Origin: Octopus vulgaris | Taxonomy: Eukaryota | Assembly (NCBI GenBank): GCA_951406725.2 | Contig: OX597818.1 | Coordinates: 36,828,001 to 36,892,000, forward strand | Direction of reading: 5' to 3' | DNA length: 64,000 nt | In this document: piece after piece, positions 26,205 through 41,090 of the stretch | Layout of the letters: each line of letters begins with the position of its first letter | How positions within the stretch are numbered: position 1 is the first letter of the stretch | Position numbers and translations under genes: made by a program | The notes under the pieces: generated by a model | What the model was told of the DNA's origin: nothing | The model's input: only the letters and a program-made list of their open reading frames with translations | Database searches by the model: none

Positions 26205-26360
26205 TTGTGTATGTATATATATATACAACGGGCTTCTTTTAGTTTCCGTCCACCAAATCCACTCACAAGGCTTAGGTCGGCCCGAGGTTATAGTAGAAGA
26301 CACTTGTCCAAGATGCTACACAGTGGGACTGAACACGGAACCATTTGGTTGCGAAGGCAA
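25895..26360 (-). mobile_element. Interrupted CORE-like SINE
   Basis: Tail at 25895-26020 and head/body at 26225-26360. Confidence 0.7.
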
Positions 26361-27379
26361 ATTTAGTGCAGTTACAGTAGAGTAAAATGAATGTTATCCT
26401 ATAGTAAAAAGTGTAAAATCACTGTATCTGCCCAGTGCTTCCCTCTACCGGATTCCCAGACGGCTGTTACTATTTAGCTTTCCTCAATGGGAAATACCGA
26501 AGTAAGATAACCCGAAGTAAATTCAAAGCCGAAGCTTTCATTAAAAGGCAGCCAACATCAGTGACTGAGATGCGCTTTTCTACCCCTTCATTTGGGTAAC
26601 TACAACAGCATCAGATCCAAGAAGTGATAACGAAACAATGAACTTTAGATTATTCAAAGTATGTTCTTGACTTACTTGAATTCCTAAAGTCAAATTCACT
26701 GCAATTACCATTCTTTTTACACCTTTTACAATGAGAGAGAGAATATTTTCTCCGCAAAACTTATGCATAATGTTGAGCATGCATTTAAATACAAACACAT
26801 ACGCATATTTTCTTGCGCGCAGAAATTTGTTCTCCATAAAAAATGTTGCGAAACGGCCGTAACCTTATGGACGTCAAGCGGCTAAACAAATAAATATAAA
26901 CATATTTTTCTCCTCTCAAACCTCCTGATTTTATCCATATATATTATTTATGAAAATGTGACCGTCAGAGCGGCTCTTTTTTTTTTCTCCTTCTCTTTCT
27001 GTCTTACCCATTCTTTTTCTTTCACACACCGACACACACGCACATATACATATATATATGTGTGTGTCTGTATGCACAACTTAACATGCATGTACTGGTA
27101 GAGTGCCGAGTACTGCGTTATTTACCTTCAGAGTACCTCGCATATGAGCGCATGGAGCAGAAAAGCACACATTTATATCGCTGGCACATGAGAATTGACT
27201 ACTCTGGGAGCCGGAACTGCCAGGTCACGGGATTTAAGCGTGCTCTACGACGAAAATGAGTTACAGTCCGATGATAGCTTAGCTGACCAATACTGTCAAT
27301 ACTATTCTTGTTAAAGAATAATGGATGCTATGAGTTATCATTCAATTCAATGTAAGAGTGTTTTTATTATATCAAAAAC

Positions 27380-28208
<829 letters not shown>

Positions 28209-28389
28209 AAGAAAAAAGAATATATATATATGTATGTGTGCGTGTGTGTATGTATGTATGTCATTATTCAGTTTTATTTCAAGATATTTTGCCAATTGAG
28301 AAAGAGCTGATTTCTAACCTAGATCCAAGGCCCCTTCATTGGAATTCCAACAACACCAACAGAATATTTTTGTGTATGTGTATGTTTTT

Positions 28390-28685
28390 GTTCTTATCAA
28401 ATGCTGCCAAGCCAAGTGGGATTTTATGGTTCGCAACTATCATTCCATTGTTTGTTGAAGGGTGTTTATGATCGAGGTAGATGAATTCAGGAACTTGCAT
28501 TACTGGTTTACCATAAAATGTAATGTTGAGGTCCGGATTAGGGCTGCTTGGCCACATTAAGTGAATGGCTAGTGGTGTCAGCGAGATCTGTTTGGAAGGC
28601 ATGATTGATGAAAATAGGCGCCAAGGTCGGCAATCTATGAGATGGAGAGAGAATATCACAGCATGGACAGGTTTAAACATGCTTT
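28390..28685. mobile_element. RTE-clade LINE relic in two opposite orientations
   Basis: Minus strand: QVPEFIYL..LGLAAFDK. Plus strand: GHI..LEGMIDENRRQGRQSMRWRENITAWTGL. Confidence 0.65.
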
Positions 28686-28798
28686 ACCTGAACGCTCTTG
28701 CTAAAGGTTGAATATTATTATGCAGGTAACTATCTCCTTCACGAGTGTGAGTATTCTGCTGCAGATGGCGGTAGCGGGAAAGGAACGAATCAATATAT

Positions 28799-28893
<95 letters not shown>

Positions 28894-28936
28894 GGAATGT
28901 ATAAAGAGTGAAAATAAACAGCTCCTGACAATCTGA

Positions 28937-29180
28937 CAATGCGGGAAGTTCAACAAAACCTTAATATACTTCGGGCTCAAAGTCCGTTCTTCAGAAGGAA
29001 AGAACTAAGAAAAGTTCAGTTATGTAGGATCTGATAATCCATTTAATTAATCCATTCCGGTAATTCATGAATGGATTAACAGATCCTATATGACTGGACT
29101 TTTGTTAGACTGTTCTTTTCTTCTTCAGATGGGACTTTGAGCCCGGAATATATCAAGGTTTTATTGAACTTACCGCATTG
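28937..29180. mobile_element. ~245-bp fold-back element with hammerhead-like cores
   Basis: caatgcgggaagttcaacaaaacctt pairs with aaggttttattgaacttaccgcattg. Minus 28959-28998 reads cctt-CTGAAGA..GAAG-tata-TT-aagg. Confidence 0.8.
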
Positions 29181-29258
29181 ATAGAAGCTCTCTATTCTCT
29201 GTCTTTTTACATTCTTCGATATTTCAATGCTTCAAGCGAACTCCAACACTCTAAGATG

Positions 29259-29303
<45 letters not shown>

Positions 29304-29691
29304 TATTTGCCAACATGTGGCAGTCCTGGATGGGACGAATGTTACTGTTGTTTAGCCCAGGAAACGTTGTTTCCAGCAGGCTATACGACACAATATCTGT
29401 GTCCTTACATTTTCGAACAGCACTTCCATCCAGCACAAAGCAACATATGTGCACCTGTTTCTGGTTTATTGCTCTTTCTCAGCACAGAGTAGCTACTTGG
29501 CTAGATGGGGCTTTTGAATTCCCGTTCGAAAGTATATATTTTCAAAGTGACACGTAGTTACTGATCTTATAAATAGAAACATTATTATCTCTCAATCTCT
29601 CAAAGAGAGATATTCAGTAACAGTACATACATATTAACGTACATGTATACATTCATACCTATATACACACATACATATGCTTATGCATATA

Positions 29692-29777
<86 letters not shown>

Positions 29778-29809
29778 AATAAATATATTTATATGTGTGT
29801 GTATATATT

Positions 29810-29849
<40 letters not shown>

Positions 29850-29979
29850 GCATAGCTACAGTTGATTCCCACCCCACCAAGCTGTGTCAGTATAATTTTT
29901 TTAAAGAATGCACATGTTTTAAATGAAGAATTGCAGAGCTAGTTCCCCAGTGGTAAAGCTTACAGTTAATTATCTTCTA

Positions 29980-30310
29980 TGTTTTACTTAACACAGTCAT
30001 TGGAATGCGGCCATATTAGGGAGTCACAAACTGACACCAGTACTTATTTTTAACTCCCATACCTATTCTATCGGTCTCATTCGCCTAACGACTAGCTTAC
30101 AGGGAGGTAAACAAGCCAACGCCGATTGTCAAGTGGCGAGTGAGGAGTAAACACACACACATACACACATGCAGACATGAAGGGCTACCACAACATTTCC
30201 ATCAACCAAATTCATTCACAAGACACTGGGTAAAGACTCTTGCCCAACGCGTCGAGGAATGTAACTGAACCCCAAACCGCATATTGAATAAGCGAGCTTC
30301 TTAATCACGC
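29980..30310 (-). mobile_element. Old CORE-like SINE
   Basis: Diverged but colinear with the other copies. Confidence 0.6.
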
Positions 30311-30559
30311 TACCAGCCAGTTCCCGTGTTGATGGACTTTAGGAAACCAGTTTTTAGGGGAGCATCATTCTCTCACAACAACCAGAAATTTGTTACCACT
30401 AGTTTCTGTAACTTTAACAGCTTCTCTTTCTTAGTTGAGACTTACATATTTGAAATATCAATATTACATAATGCACACTCCCGAAAATGCATTTCTGCAA
30501 ACTTTCTTTTAACATATGCTTTTTTCAGAAAGTGTGTGTGTATGTGTATGTGTGTGTGT

Positions 30560-30641
<82 letters not shown>

Positions 30642-30642
30642 A

Positions 30643-31886
30643 TTCGGTCATCTCATAAATAATGCGGTCTTTTATACTTCTTTTATTTTTCAAAATTAAG
30701 ATAACCAAAGTTCTTTTTTAATCTAAAATATACTCTCCTTCATTTTCTACAATGCTCCTCCACCTATCTGGTAGACATACAAGGTCTCTCTTCCAAAATT
30801 CACTTGTCCGTGACGAAAAATACTCCTCCTATACTGTTCTAACTTCATCTACAGAATTCATACTTTTTCCATCCAAATGATTTTGAAGACTGCGAAATAA
30901 ATGATAATCAGATGGGGCAATGTCCACCGAATATAGTAGGTTGGGCATCGTTTCCTATTCAAACTGCACCAGGCTTTGGAATGCCATCCTCGCTGCATTT
31001 AGCCGAGCATTATCCTGATGGAAGAACACCCTTCGTCTTGAAATCAACGATGGTCGCTTTTCTTCTAGCGCTCACTTAACCCGCTCAAGCTACTCGCAGT
31101 AGATCTTTGTTATCGGTTGGCTTGGGTTTAAAAGTTCAAAGTGGACTAAACCTTTCATATTCCACCAAACAGATAACAACACCTTATGTGAGTGAAAACC
31201 TTCTTTAACCTGAGGTGCCGGTGTTTCTTCTTTCTCTACCCACTGTCTTCGACACTTGACATTTTCATAGAGAACTCATTTCACGTCACCAGTCCCTATT
31301 CGGTCCAAACAAGGTTCATTCGTGAAACGTTACAACAAAGAAAATCACACATTCACTCTCTGCGCGCATCTAGACCCGGAAAGTTTATGAGTAACCCATT
31401 GACCCAGTTTTCTGACTTTTCCGATGGCGCGTAGGTGTCGATGAACGGTTGAATGACCAAATCCAAGCTTCTTTGCTAGTTCCTCAACAGCTACGATTGG
31501 GATATTGTTCCACCAGGGTTTTCAGGACGTCCTCGTCGAGCTCTACAGATCTTCCAGGACCAGGCTCGTCTTCTAGGCTGTAACTCCTGGATCGGAATTT
31601 CTGAAACCACCGATGACACTGGCTGACGCTTATTGTCCGATCCCCATATACATTTCTGTTGCGCTGTTGCCTTTATTGAGTGTGCTCCTTTGTCACTTCC
31701 ATTATACCTTTGAAAAAATAACTGTTAAAATCGGATTGCACTGTTCAAAACTTTCACTAAGAATAAGGACAAGGCAAGATTACTCCCTGCTTTAATAGCA
31801 AGCTCATGCAGGTAGTTTATCCCGTTCCCCTCCGACTTTTAGTTCATGCAATTGAAAAAAACCACATTATTTATGGGATGATCCTA
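30643..31886 (-). mobile_element. Full-span mariner element with decayed transposase
   Basis: TIRs ggtcatctcataaataatgcggt / accacattatttatgggatgatcc followed by TA. Minus-strand motifs WFQKFRS..LEDEPGPGR, TGDVK, FHQDNAR and YSVDIAPSDYHLF; likely ATG at 31702. Confidence 0.9.
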
Positions 31887-31917
31887 TACACACACATATA
31901 TATATATATATATACAT

Positions 31918-31951
<34 letters not shown>

Positions 31952-32149
31952 ATTAAAACAGTTAGATTCAGAGACCTTGCCACGCTGAGTTTCAAGCGTG
32001 TCACTAGTCTTCGACCAGATTCAATGGGCGAAGACTAGCACATACTTGAAACTCTGGCTACGAAGGACCTTGAATCAAAATTTTTTCGTCCATACATGTC
32101 ATTCCCAATAAATTTGTTGAGTGCTTTTCTTTCGTTTGTCCACTCACTC

Positions 32150-32228
<79 letters not shown>

Positions 32229-32465
32229 CAGTGAGAGAGAGAGAGAGGCGTAGATATATATATATATATACATTTATATATATACATATATATAATGTAT
32301 TATATATATGTGTGTTTACATATATGTAAATATGTGTGTATTTGAAAACAAACTTCTTACACACCCACGTCTATAGATAGATAGATGCATGCATACATCA
32401 GACAGACAGGCAGGCAGGCAGGCAGGCAGGCAGACAGACAAACAGACAGACAGATAGATAGGTAA

Positions 32466-32533
<68 letters not shown>

Positions 32534-33048
32534 GGAGAGGGTCTGCGCAAATTGAGATAGTATATAAGAAACAAAGCACACGCCAAATATATATAAATTC
32601 TTGAAAATGGGATTGTGAATGTCAGGAAATGTCGAATATGGATTTAAGATCTCTAGGGCTTTCAGAGTGCATAATGAAATTTATTAAGGATAGCAACAAC
32701 CACTGATAGCACCTATACTATCACAGCTACATAACCAACCAAGGATAGGGTCTATACGGGCTCATATGATCTGCTCGAAATAAGACGTATATCATAGTCT
32801 TGATATGCTTAATGTCAAAGAATTGGGATCGTTGTAATGTGGTCTTGGTTATCTGTACAAGGAAAAGACAGGCTGGTCACAGTTGGATCGCTTTCGTAAT
32901 GGGTATGTTAGACCAGGGCTGAACTGAAATTAAACAACATAGTTTCTTGTTGGCGTCTTTTCTTGTCTTTCCATTTCTCCTCTCTCCCTCTGTGACTCCT
33001 TTGTGTTCCCTCTTTTACGGTACGTCGCCAATATCCATGTTGTTTTAG

Positions 33049-33250
33049 TCAACAAGAAACTATGACATTACAACCAGTCAGGAACAGTCTTCGCTACATT
33101 TGCGGCACCTGCCAGAGGGAATGTTTGTCCAGGATAGGACTACACCGCCACAGCAGGAGATGTATTTAGGACATGAAATGTAAAAACCGGACTAGATTAT
33201 TTTATGCGCAACTCCATTGTCTCCTGAGACAAAAAGGATGCCAACATCTA
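33049..33250 (+). mobile_element. RTE (BovB-like) LINE 3' end
   Basis: YICGTCQRECLSRIGLHRHSRRC* zinc finger, then tail ccattgtctcctgagacaaaaaggatgcc(aac). Confidence 0.8.
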
Positions 33251-33275
33251 AAACAACAAAAAAAACAACAACAAA

Positions 33276-34219
33276 TAGAGATTCCTTCACAGGCTCACCA
33301 TCCGAACCAGTTAGGTTGTTCCTCGCCCTACCAGAAATAGTAACCAAACCTCCCTCAAAGCACGCACTACCGTGTGTTTTTTTTTTAATGAGGAAAGAAC
33401 AGATTTGAGAATGTAATCCAATAATAAACCTAAACAAACAAACAAACAAAAGATGGGATAAGATGGGATGGTCACGGGGCTGGAACGTCTTTGAATTATA
33501 GGCGTTCTTCTATCAGGTCTAATTCGAACCTCACAACAGCAACAAACAACAATAACAACAACAACAGCAGCATTCATCTCTAAAACACCACCGCATCACC
33601 TTCATTCATCATCTTCGTCTCCATCTTCTGCTGCTGTTACTGCTGCTGCTGCTGCTGTTGCTGCAATTTCTGCTGTTGCTGGTGCTGCAGGCAACATCAG
33701 ACTGACTACCACGATGACCCGTTTATACGAACACCGCTAACGTTTATGACATTCACTCATAGGCCGAGCAATTTATATAATTTTATTCAGATATTTTTTT
33801 CATTTTATTTTTCTTGTGTGTCTTTTTTTTTGGGTCATATATATTGTATTTTTTTTTCCTTTCGTTTAGGCTTTTTGTTTATATTTTTACAATTTTTATT
33901 GTTATTTTTATTCGCGTTTTTATATATATATATAACCTCACATATATATATATATATATATGTGAGGTTCGAATTAGACCTGATAGAAGAACGCCTATAA
34001 TTCAAAGGCGTTCCAGCCCCGTGACCATCCCATCTAATCGCATCTTTTGTTTGTTTGTTTGTTTAGGTTTATTATTGGATATTACATTCTCAAATCTGTT
34101 CTTTCCTCATTAAAAAAACACGCTGTAGTGCGTGCTTTGAGGGAGGTTTGGTTACTATTTCTGGTAAGCCGAGGAACAACCTAACTGGTTCGGATGGTAA
34201 GCCAGTGAAGGAATCTCTA
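33276..34219. repeat. Inverted duplication: arms 33276-33535 and 33961-34219
   Basis: The ~260-bp arms are near-perfect reverse complements. Confidence 0.95.
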
Positions 34220-34984
34220 GTTGTTGTTGTTATTGTTTTTCTTTTTGTTGTTTATATATATATATATATATATATGTATTTTTTTTCTCCAGACGTTTTT
34301 GAGATTTTAATTGTCTCCTGGAATTATTCTCGTCACAATAACATTGCTAATATTGTCAAAAGTTAGAAACACTAAGAAAATAAATGCATAAACAAAGACA
34401 AATCAACAAAAATATAAATAAGCAAGTAAATAAATCAACAAATAAATAAATAAATAAATAAATAAATATGAGGCAAGCGAGCGAGCAAAGTGTGGATGTA
34501 CTTGAGAGAAAGTGGCAGCTGTAAGGTGAGACGTGGGAGGAGGTGTAAGGTGTGTCTGTAAGTGTGTGTATGTGTGTGTGGTTGTGTGTGTGTGCGTGTG
34601 TGTGTGTTTGCTCACATCCAACTATGACTCTGTGTGTGTGTGTGTGTGCGTGTGTGTGTGTGTGTGTACATTATCTAAATATGTGTGAGAATATATATGT
34701 GGGTGTGTGTTTGGTTGTCGTAGCTGATGGGCCCCAGGTTAGTCTTGTTCGGATGTTCCAGACGTGACCAACCAGCCTTTTTTTTTGAAAAAAAAACAAT
34801 GACGAGTATAGAACTAAACTATTTTTCCTCCATTCATTTTACTATTTTTTTTTTCATTTATTTTTTAGGATAATAACGAAGCGATTTGCGGGATATTTCT
34901 GTGCTATTTCTAACAGGTAGATCCTCTGTGTTGATGTTTCTTCGTTGGTAACAGTTTGTGCTACTGCTGCTGCTGTTGTTGTTT

Positions 34985-35016
<32 letters not shown>

Positions 35017-35039
35017 GGTGGTGGTGGTGACGATGATGA

Positions 35040-35360
35040 TGTTTAGCTACAGGTCAGACATATTTGTGCAGAGCTTTGATCAAAGCTGTCCCAACCGTGA
35101 CTATCCCGTTCGATTTGTTTCTTCCTAGTCGTTTATCTACACTACCCAATATCCGTTCCCTTTTTTTTTCTTCTTTTTTTTTCCTTCTTCTAAACGACAG
35201 GAAGTGATTTGGCTACTGCTTCTAGCATAGTCAGCAATCATGTAAAAGTTCCCTTGCTAGCCGTTGTTGTTTAGCCCCAAGCCATCTTTGAATGAGCAGG
35301 ATTGTAATCAAAGATGCGCCAGCCATGACCAACTCGTCTTATTTTTTTTGTCGGGTATCA
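35040..35360. mobile_element. Old dispersed repeat family (example copies)
   Basis: Motifs tttagccccaggtc..gacctatgatcaaagg..gtgaccatccc..atttggctgctatttctagcaggtc recur at about 5400, 12300, 20100, 20450, 23330, 23870, 25280, 32700, 33300, 34000, 38020, 41730 and 55360, often next to (GTT)n. Confidence 0.65.
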
Positions 35361-35682
35361 TATATCTGAGACCGCAAAAATTCTTAACCTTGGAAAACTT
35401 CATTCCGCCCCCACCTACACCCCACCACACACACACACACACATACACAACACACCTAGTAGGGTGGGGGAAGGAGAATATCAGAATTCTCGGAGATGCA
35501 AATTTGGAGATTCGAAAATGAAAATTGCTTTTAGGTTTAGAAAATTCTTTTTATCGTGATATTCCGTTTTTCTAAATTCATTTTCGCTAATGTTAATTTT
35601 TAAGGATATTAATGCAAAAATAACATTAGGCTGTTTTGTTTATTTTTTTTATATTTTTTTGTTGTTTTTTAACCTTTTAGCC

Positions 35683-35950
35683 CAGTGGTCTCAACCATTT
35701 TCTTTTTTTGTTTTTGAACCTCTTTGATTCCTGTTTTATTCTACTGGACCTCCATAGCCATTCAATACATAAAAAAAATCCTACTATATTTTTATAATTA
35801 AATATTATCAGGAATTGTAGAAAATGTTGTTAAAATATTTTGTGTATATTAGAAGCATAAGAATCTCGCTTTATTGCTCATTAATTTTGACAGCAAAATC
35901 TTATATGACCCCACCCAAAGGGCCATATGGATTCTGGTTGAAAACCACAC
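35683..35950. mobile_element. hAT(Charlie)-like MITE
   Basis: Ends cagtggtctcaacc / ggttgaaaaccac. Confidence 0.5.
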
Positions 35951-36547
35951 GTTTGGTCGGATGAAAAAGTTGACCGTTTATCGGATCCCCAAGGAGGAAG
36001 TGAGGCAGGTATCTTCAGATCAGAGACCAGGCCCGAATGCTTGCAACAGAGTGGGGCCCACTGAAGGCGCTTAAGGTGCCAGCTGGTTATGTTAAACCGG
36101 GAGACGAAGTTTTATTAAATTCCCAGGTGTTGTATAATAAACTGTGTTGTATAGAAAAATGGTCCTTTTTCTTATTCGGGGTCACGGAAAGTCGCTCATG
36201 TTGGCGTTAGCTCTGTCGTGGCTTTGAGGTGGGTTTTGGGGTCGTAGGGGGGAAAAAACGAGAATGTCCGCTATCTGTGTATAAATGCATACAGAAATAT
36301 TTCGAGCTATGTATGTATATGATTATGATTTATAGTATGTACATGAGTATAAGTATGTATATGTATGTATGATACACACACACACACACATATATATATA
36401 CATACACACAGAGGGAGAAAAGAGAGAGAGAGAGAGCAAGTGTGATTGGTTGAAGGAGAAAACGATGGATACTGAGAGAAAAGACATTTTAGATAGATAG
36501 GTAGATCGATATATTTAAAGGTAGGCAGAACAGTGCATTAAAAGCAG

Positions 36548-36614
<67 letters not shown>

Positions 36615-37014
36615 TATGCTATGGTAGTGACAGAGAGGATAACAAAAAGTGATTAATGTATATGCATATAAATAAATCTGCATGTGTGTATATGTGTGTG
36701 TGTGTGCGGAGAGAGGAACAGAGAAAGAATAAGAGAGACAGACAGAGTAAGAGATAAAGAGTGGGAGAGACTGAGTGTGTATGAGAGGTTGTGTGTGAGA
36801 GACTCCCAGTCAGTAAGTAACAGTTTTCTGACTGAACAATGGAAGAAAGAGATAAAAGGAGGCCAGAAAGAAAGGAATTGTTTTTGGTTTTGGTTTTGTG
36901 TTCTTCTTAATAAGTAGTTAATTTGTTAATTAATTAGAGCGTTGGTGAGAGGAGGAGGCGGAGGGGAGGAATGAGGTGAGACGGAGATTGATAGACAAAC
37001 ACGAAGAATGCAAT

Positions 37015-37026
37015 GAATAGATAGAC

Positions 37027-37105
<79 letters not shown>

Positions 37106-37197
37106 CAGACAGACGGACGGATTGACACATAAATAGATAGGTACATAAATGGATACACGGAGACAGACAGATGGATAGATAGACAGTCAGACAGATG

Positions 37198-37279
<82 letters not shown>

Positions 37280-37444
37280 CAGATAGACAGATGGATAGAT
37301 AGATAGACGGATAGATAGATAGATAGATACATACATACATACATACATACATAGATGGATGGATGGACGCATAGATAGAGAGATAGATAAATAGACAGAC
37401 AGACAGACAGGCAGGCAGGCAGACAGATAGATATAGATAGATAG

Positions 37445-37490
<46 letters not shown>

Positions 37491-37513
37491 TTATTTTGTT
37501 TAGGTAGGTAGGT

Positions 37514-37597
<84 letters not shown>

Positions 37598-37690
37598 AAA
37601 CCAGACAACCAGGTAGACAGGAAGACAGACAAGCAGGCAGGCAGGCAGGCAGGCAGGCTAGAAGATAGATATGCAGGCAGACAGACAAAC
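37015..37690. repeat. Compound (GATA)/(GACA)/(TA)/(GA) microsatellite
   Basis: Directly visible. Confidence 0.95.
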
Positions 37691-38569
37691 ATAAATTAAT
37701 ACGTGGTTAACTGAATATAAATATCAGCTGAAAAATAAGTAAAACCAAAAACTTTGAAGGTCTGTTACCATACAACATACGTGTAACTGACGTAATCTAA
37801 GAGAGAGAAAGCTAAAGAGAAAGAGAGAGAGAGAGGGAGGTCAGTGCGGGGGAGAGTGTATAGAAATAAAGAGTGGGAGTGATATAAAAGAAAGACTTGT
37901 GCACGTCAGTGAAACAACACAAGTGTAGGAGAGAGATTGCGTTTGCTGTGTGTATGTGTGTTCGAGTTTGCTCTTGTGTGTGTCTCTGAAGGTTGTCGCC
38001 GCCGTCGTTGCAGTTGTTTTTGTTGTTTAATCCCAGATGAGTCTTCGTCGAGGTAGACCTATGATCAAAGACTACCCAACAATGACCATCCCGTCTGTTC
38101 TGTTTTTGTTTTGTTTTGTTTTTTTCTTTTGTTTTGGGTTTTTTTTTTTTAGGTTGGAGTTCGTGCATAATTACTTTAATGAATGGATTTCCATTTCTAT
38201 ATTTTTAATTAGATGACGGTCGTATGTAATTAAAGAGAGATTCGGCTGTTGTTTCTAGCGTCTCCGTAGAGGTTTCGTGGGCGCACATTTCGTGTATACG
38301 TAATAAAGATAATTGTAGTATCATGTACGTGTGTAAAAACTAACTATATACATATGTATTTAATATGTATGTGTAATGTATGTGCTTGTATGCATATATG
38401 TGCGTATGCCCAATACAGAAAAAAACCCCAGAAAAGTTGACACTGCAAAGTGTGTGATTCGAACATTGCATCTGTTGTAAACCGTAAGAGCTATGCAAGC
38501 CACTGTACTAACCGATGTCACAGCTTAATCCGAATTAGAAGTCGTATCTTTAGTACATAAGATCGCACA

Positions 38570-38737
38570 CGGGCACAGACGTGGCTGTGTAGAAAGAGTT
38601 TTGTTTCCTTACGATGTGGTTCCGGGTTCAGCCCCACTGTGTGACACCTTGACCAAGTGTCTCCTGCTATAGCCTAGGGCCGACCAAGGCCTTGTGAATT
38701 GATTTGGTAGACAGAAACTGAAAGAAGCCCGCCGTCG
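38570..38737 (+). mobile_element. CORE-like SINE 5' half
   Basis: Head to gaagcccg, then an expanded microsatellite. Confidence 0.75.
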
Positions 38738-39440
<703 letters not shown>

Positions 39441-39627
39441 ATTATAATTAGGGCTCAGCTAACTGCTTCACTACATAAGTGGTCAAGCAGGTAGCTGAAC
39501 CCTAATTATAATTATGTGGATAATTTTACCAATAATGGTTATTTTAACATACTGATTTACTTGGTGAAATTGTTAATTAATTGATTAATTAATTAACTAA
39601 TTTAATTGATAAATTTTACCCTTCTAT

Positions 39628-39658
<31 letters not shown>

Positions 39659-39929
39659 CATATGCATATGGCTAAACTGGCAAAATGACCATTTCGAAAT
39701 ATAACAACATATATACATATATATATATCAGAATGATCAAAGCAATTATGCGGATAATATGTATTTAATTTGTATATCTGCATAATTGCCTCTATACCCG
39801 GTCAATTTGATCCCTCTTATAGCCTTTCATTACCTTGTGGAATGATCCCCTGTAAAGACATTGGAGTCTAAGTTTGAATATTTTGAGCCCTACTAAGTGT
39901 ATTCTATTCGGAGTGCCTCTGGATGTTAT

Positions 39930-40365
39930 CTTTCCTAACCACATGGTTCCGGGTTCAGTCCCACTGCATGGCACCTTGAGCAAATGTCTTCTACTATAGC
40001 CTCGAGCCGACCAAAGCTTTGTCAGTGGATCTGGTAGACGAATTTCCCTGAGCGTTGTTAATAATTTGCATGTACCACGTTCTCGCATTGTTGTTTTTTT
40101 ATGTTTTTTCTCCGTTTTTTTTTCAATTAATTATGTGTTTGTGGGTATTTGTGTGTCTATGTTTGTCCCCCCCTCCCATCGGCTTGATAACCGATGTTGG
40201 TGTGTTTATGCCCCCATAACTTAAGCGGTTCGGCAAAAGAGAATATATAATATAATAAGTACTAGGCTTACAAAGAATAAGTCCTGGGGTCAATTTATTA
40301 GATTAAAGGCGGTGCTCCAGCATGGTCGAAGTCAAATGACTGAAACAAGTAAAAGAATAAAGGAG
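39930..40365 (+). mobile_element. CORE-like SINE
   Basis: Head, body and tail aggcggtgctccagcatggtcgaagtcaaatgactgaaac. Confidence 0.8.
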
Positions 40366-40372
40366 TAATACA

Positions 40373-40405
<33 letters not shown>

Positions 40406-40448
40406 TTGCGTGTGTATATATGCGTGTGTGTGTGAGTGTGTGTGTGTG

Positions 40449-40502
<54 letters not shown>

Positions 40503-40571
40503 TCAATAAATGGTGGGGTTGTGTTTTCCTTACTATATATATATATATATATGTATTACTCCTTCATTCTT

Positions 40572-40605
<34 letters not shown>

Positions 40606-40606
40606 A

Positions 40607-40661
<55 letters not shown>

Positions 40662-40779
40662 ATTAGGATATCTACGAGATACCCTAATTTATAATTTTAA
40701 TAATTATTACCTTTGAAGGTTATTTTTTCAGTGCTGACCACTTCATAAAATCGTTATTTTATTTTTAAATTAACGATCT

Positions 40780-40830
<51 letters not shown>

Positions 40831-40834
40831 CATT

Positions 40835-41090
40835 TGGCCGGCCATACTCTCAGATATTACTACAAATCGCTGGTCACAATGCGCTGTGCATCCTTTTAGT
40901 CTTCGAATGACGCTACTCCGCTGGCTAGGCGAGCAGGCCAGCATTCCCCACCCGGATCGAAAGAGATGCTGGAGCAATATGAAATCAAGTGTTTTTCTCA
41001 AGAATACAACGCACTACCCGGTAAGGGAATTGAACTTACGATCTCGCAATCGTGAGTGCAACAGCCTAACCATTTGGCCACGCGCCTTCT
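40835..41090 (-). mobile_element. tRNA-headed SINE with the third-type tail
   Basis: Reverse complement of the 17330-17435 tail plus a head. Confidence 0.7.

Noticed and set aside
26845-26866. GAAA-cggccg-TA hammerhead half
   Set aside because: No upstream CTGANGA.
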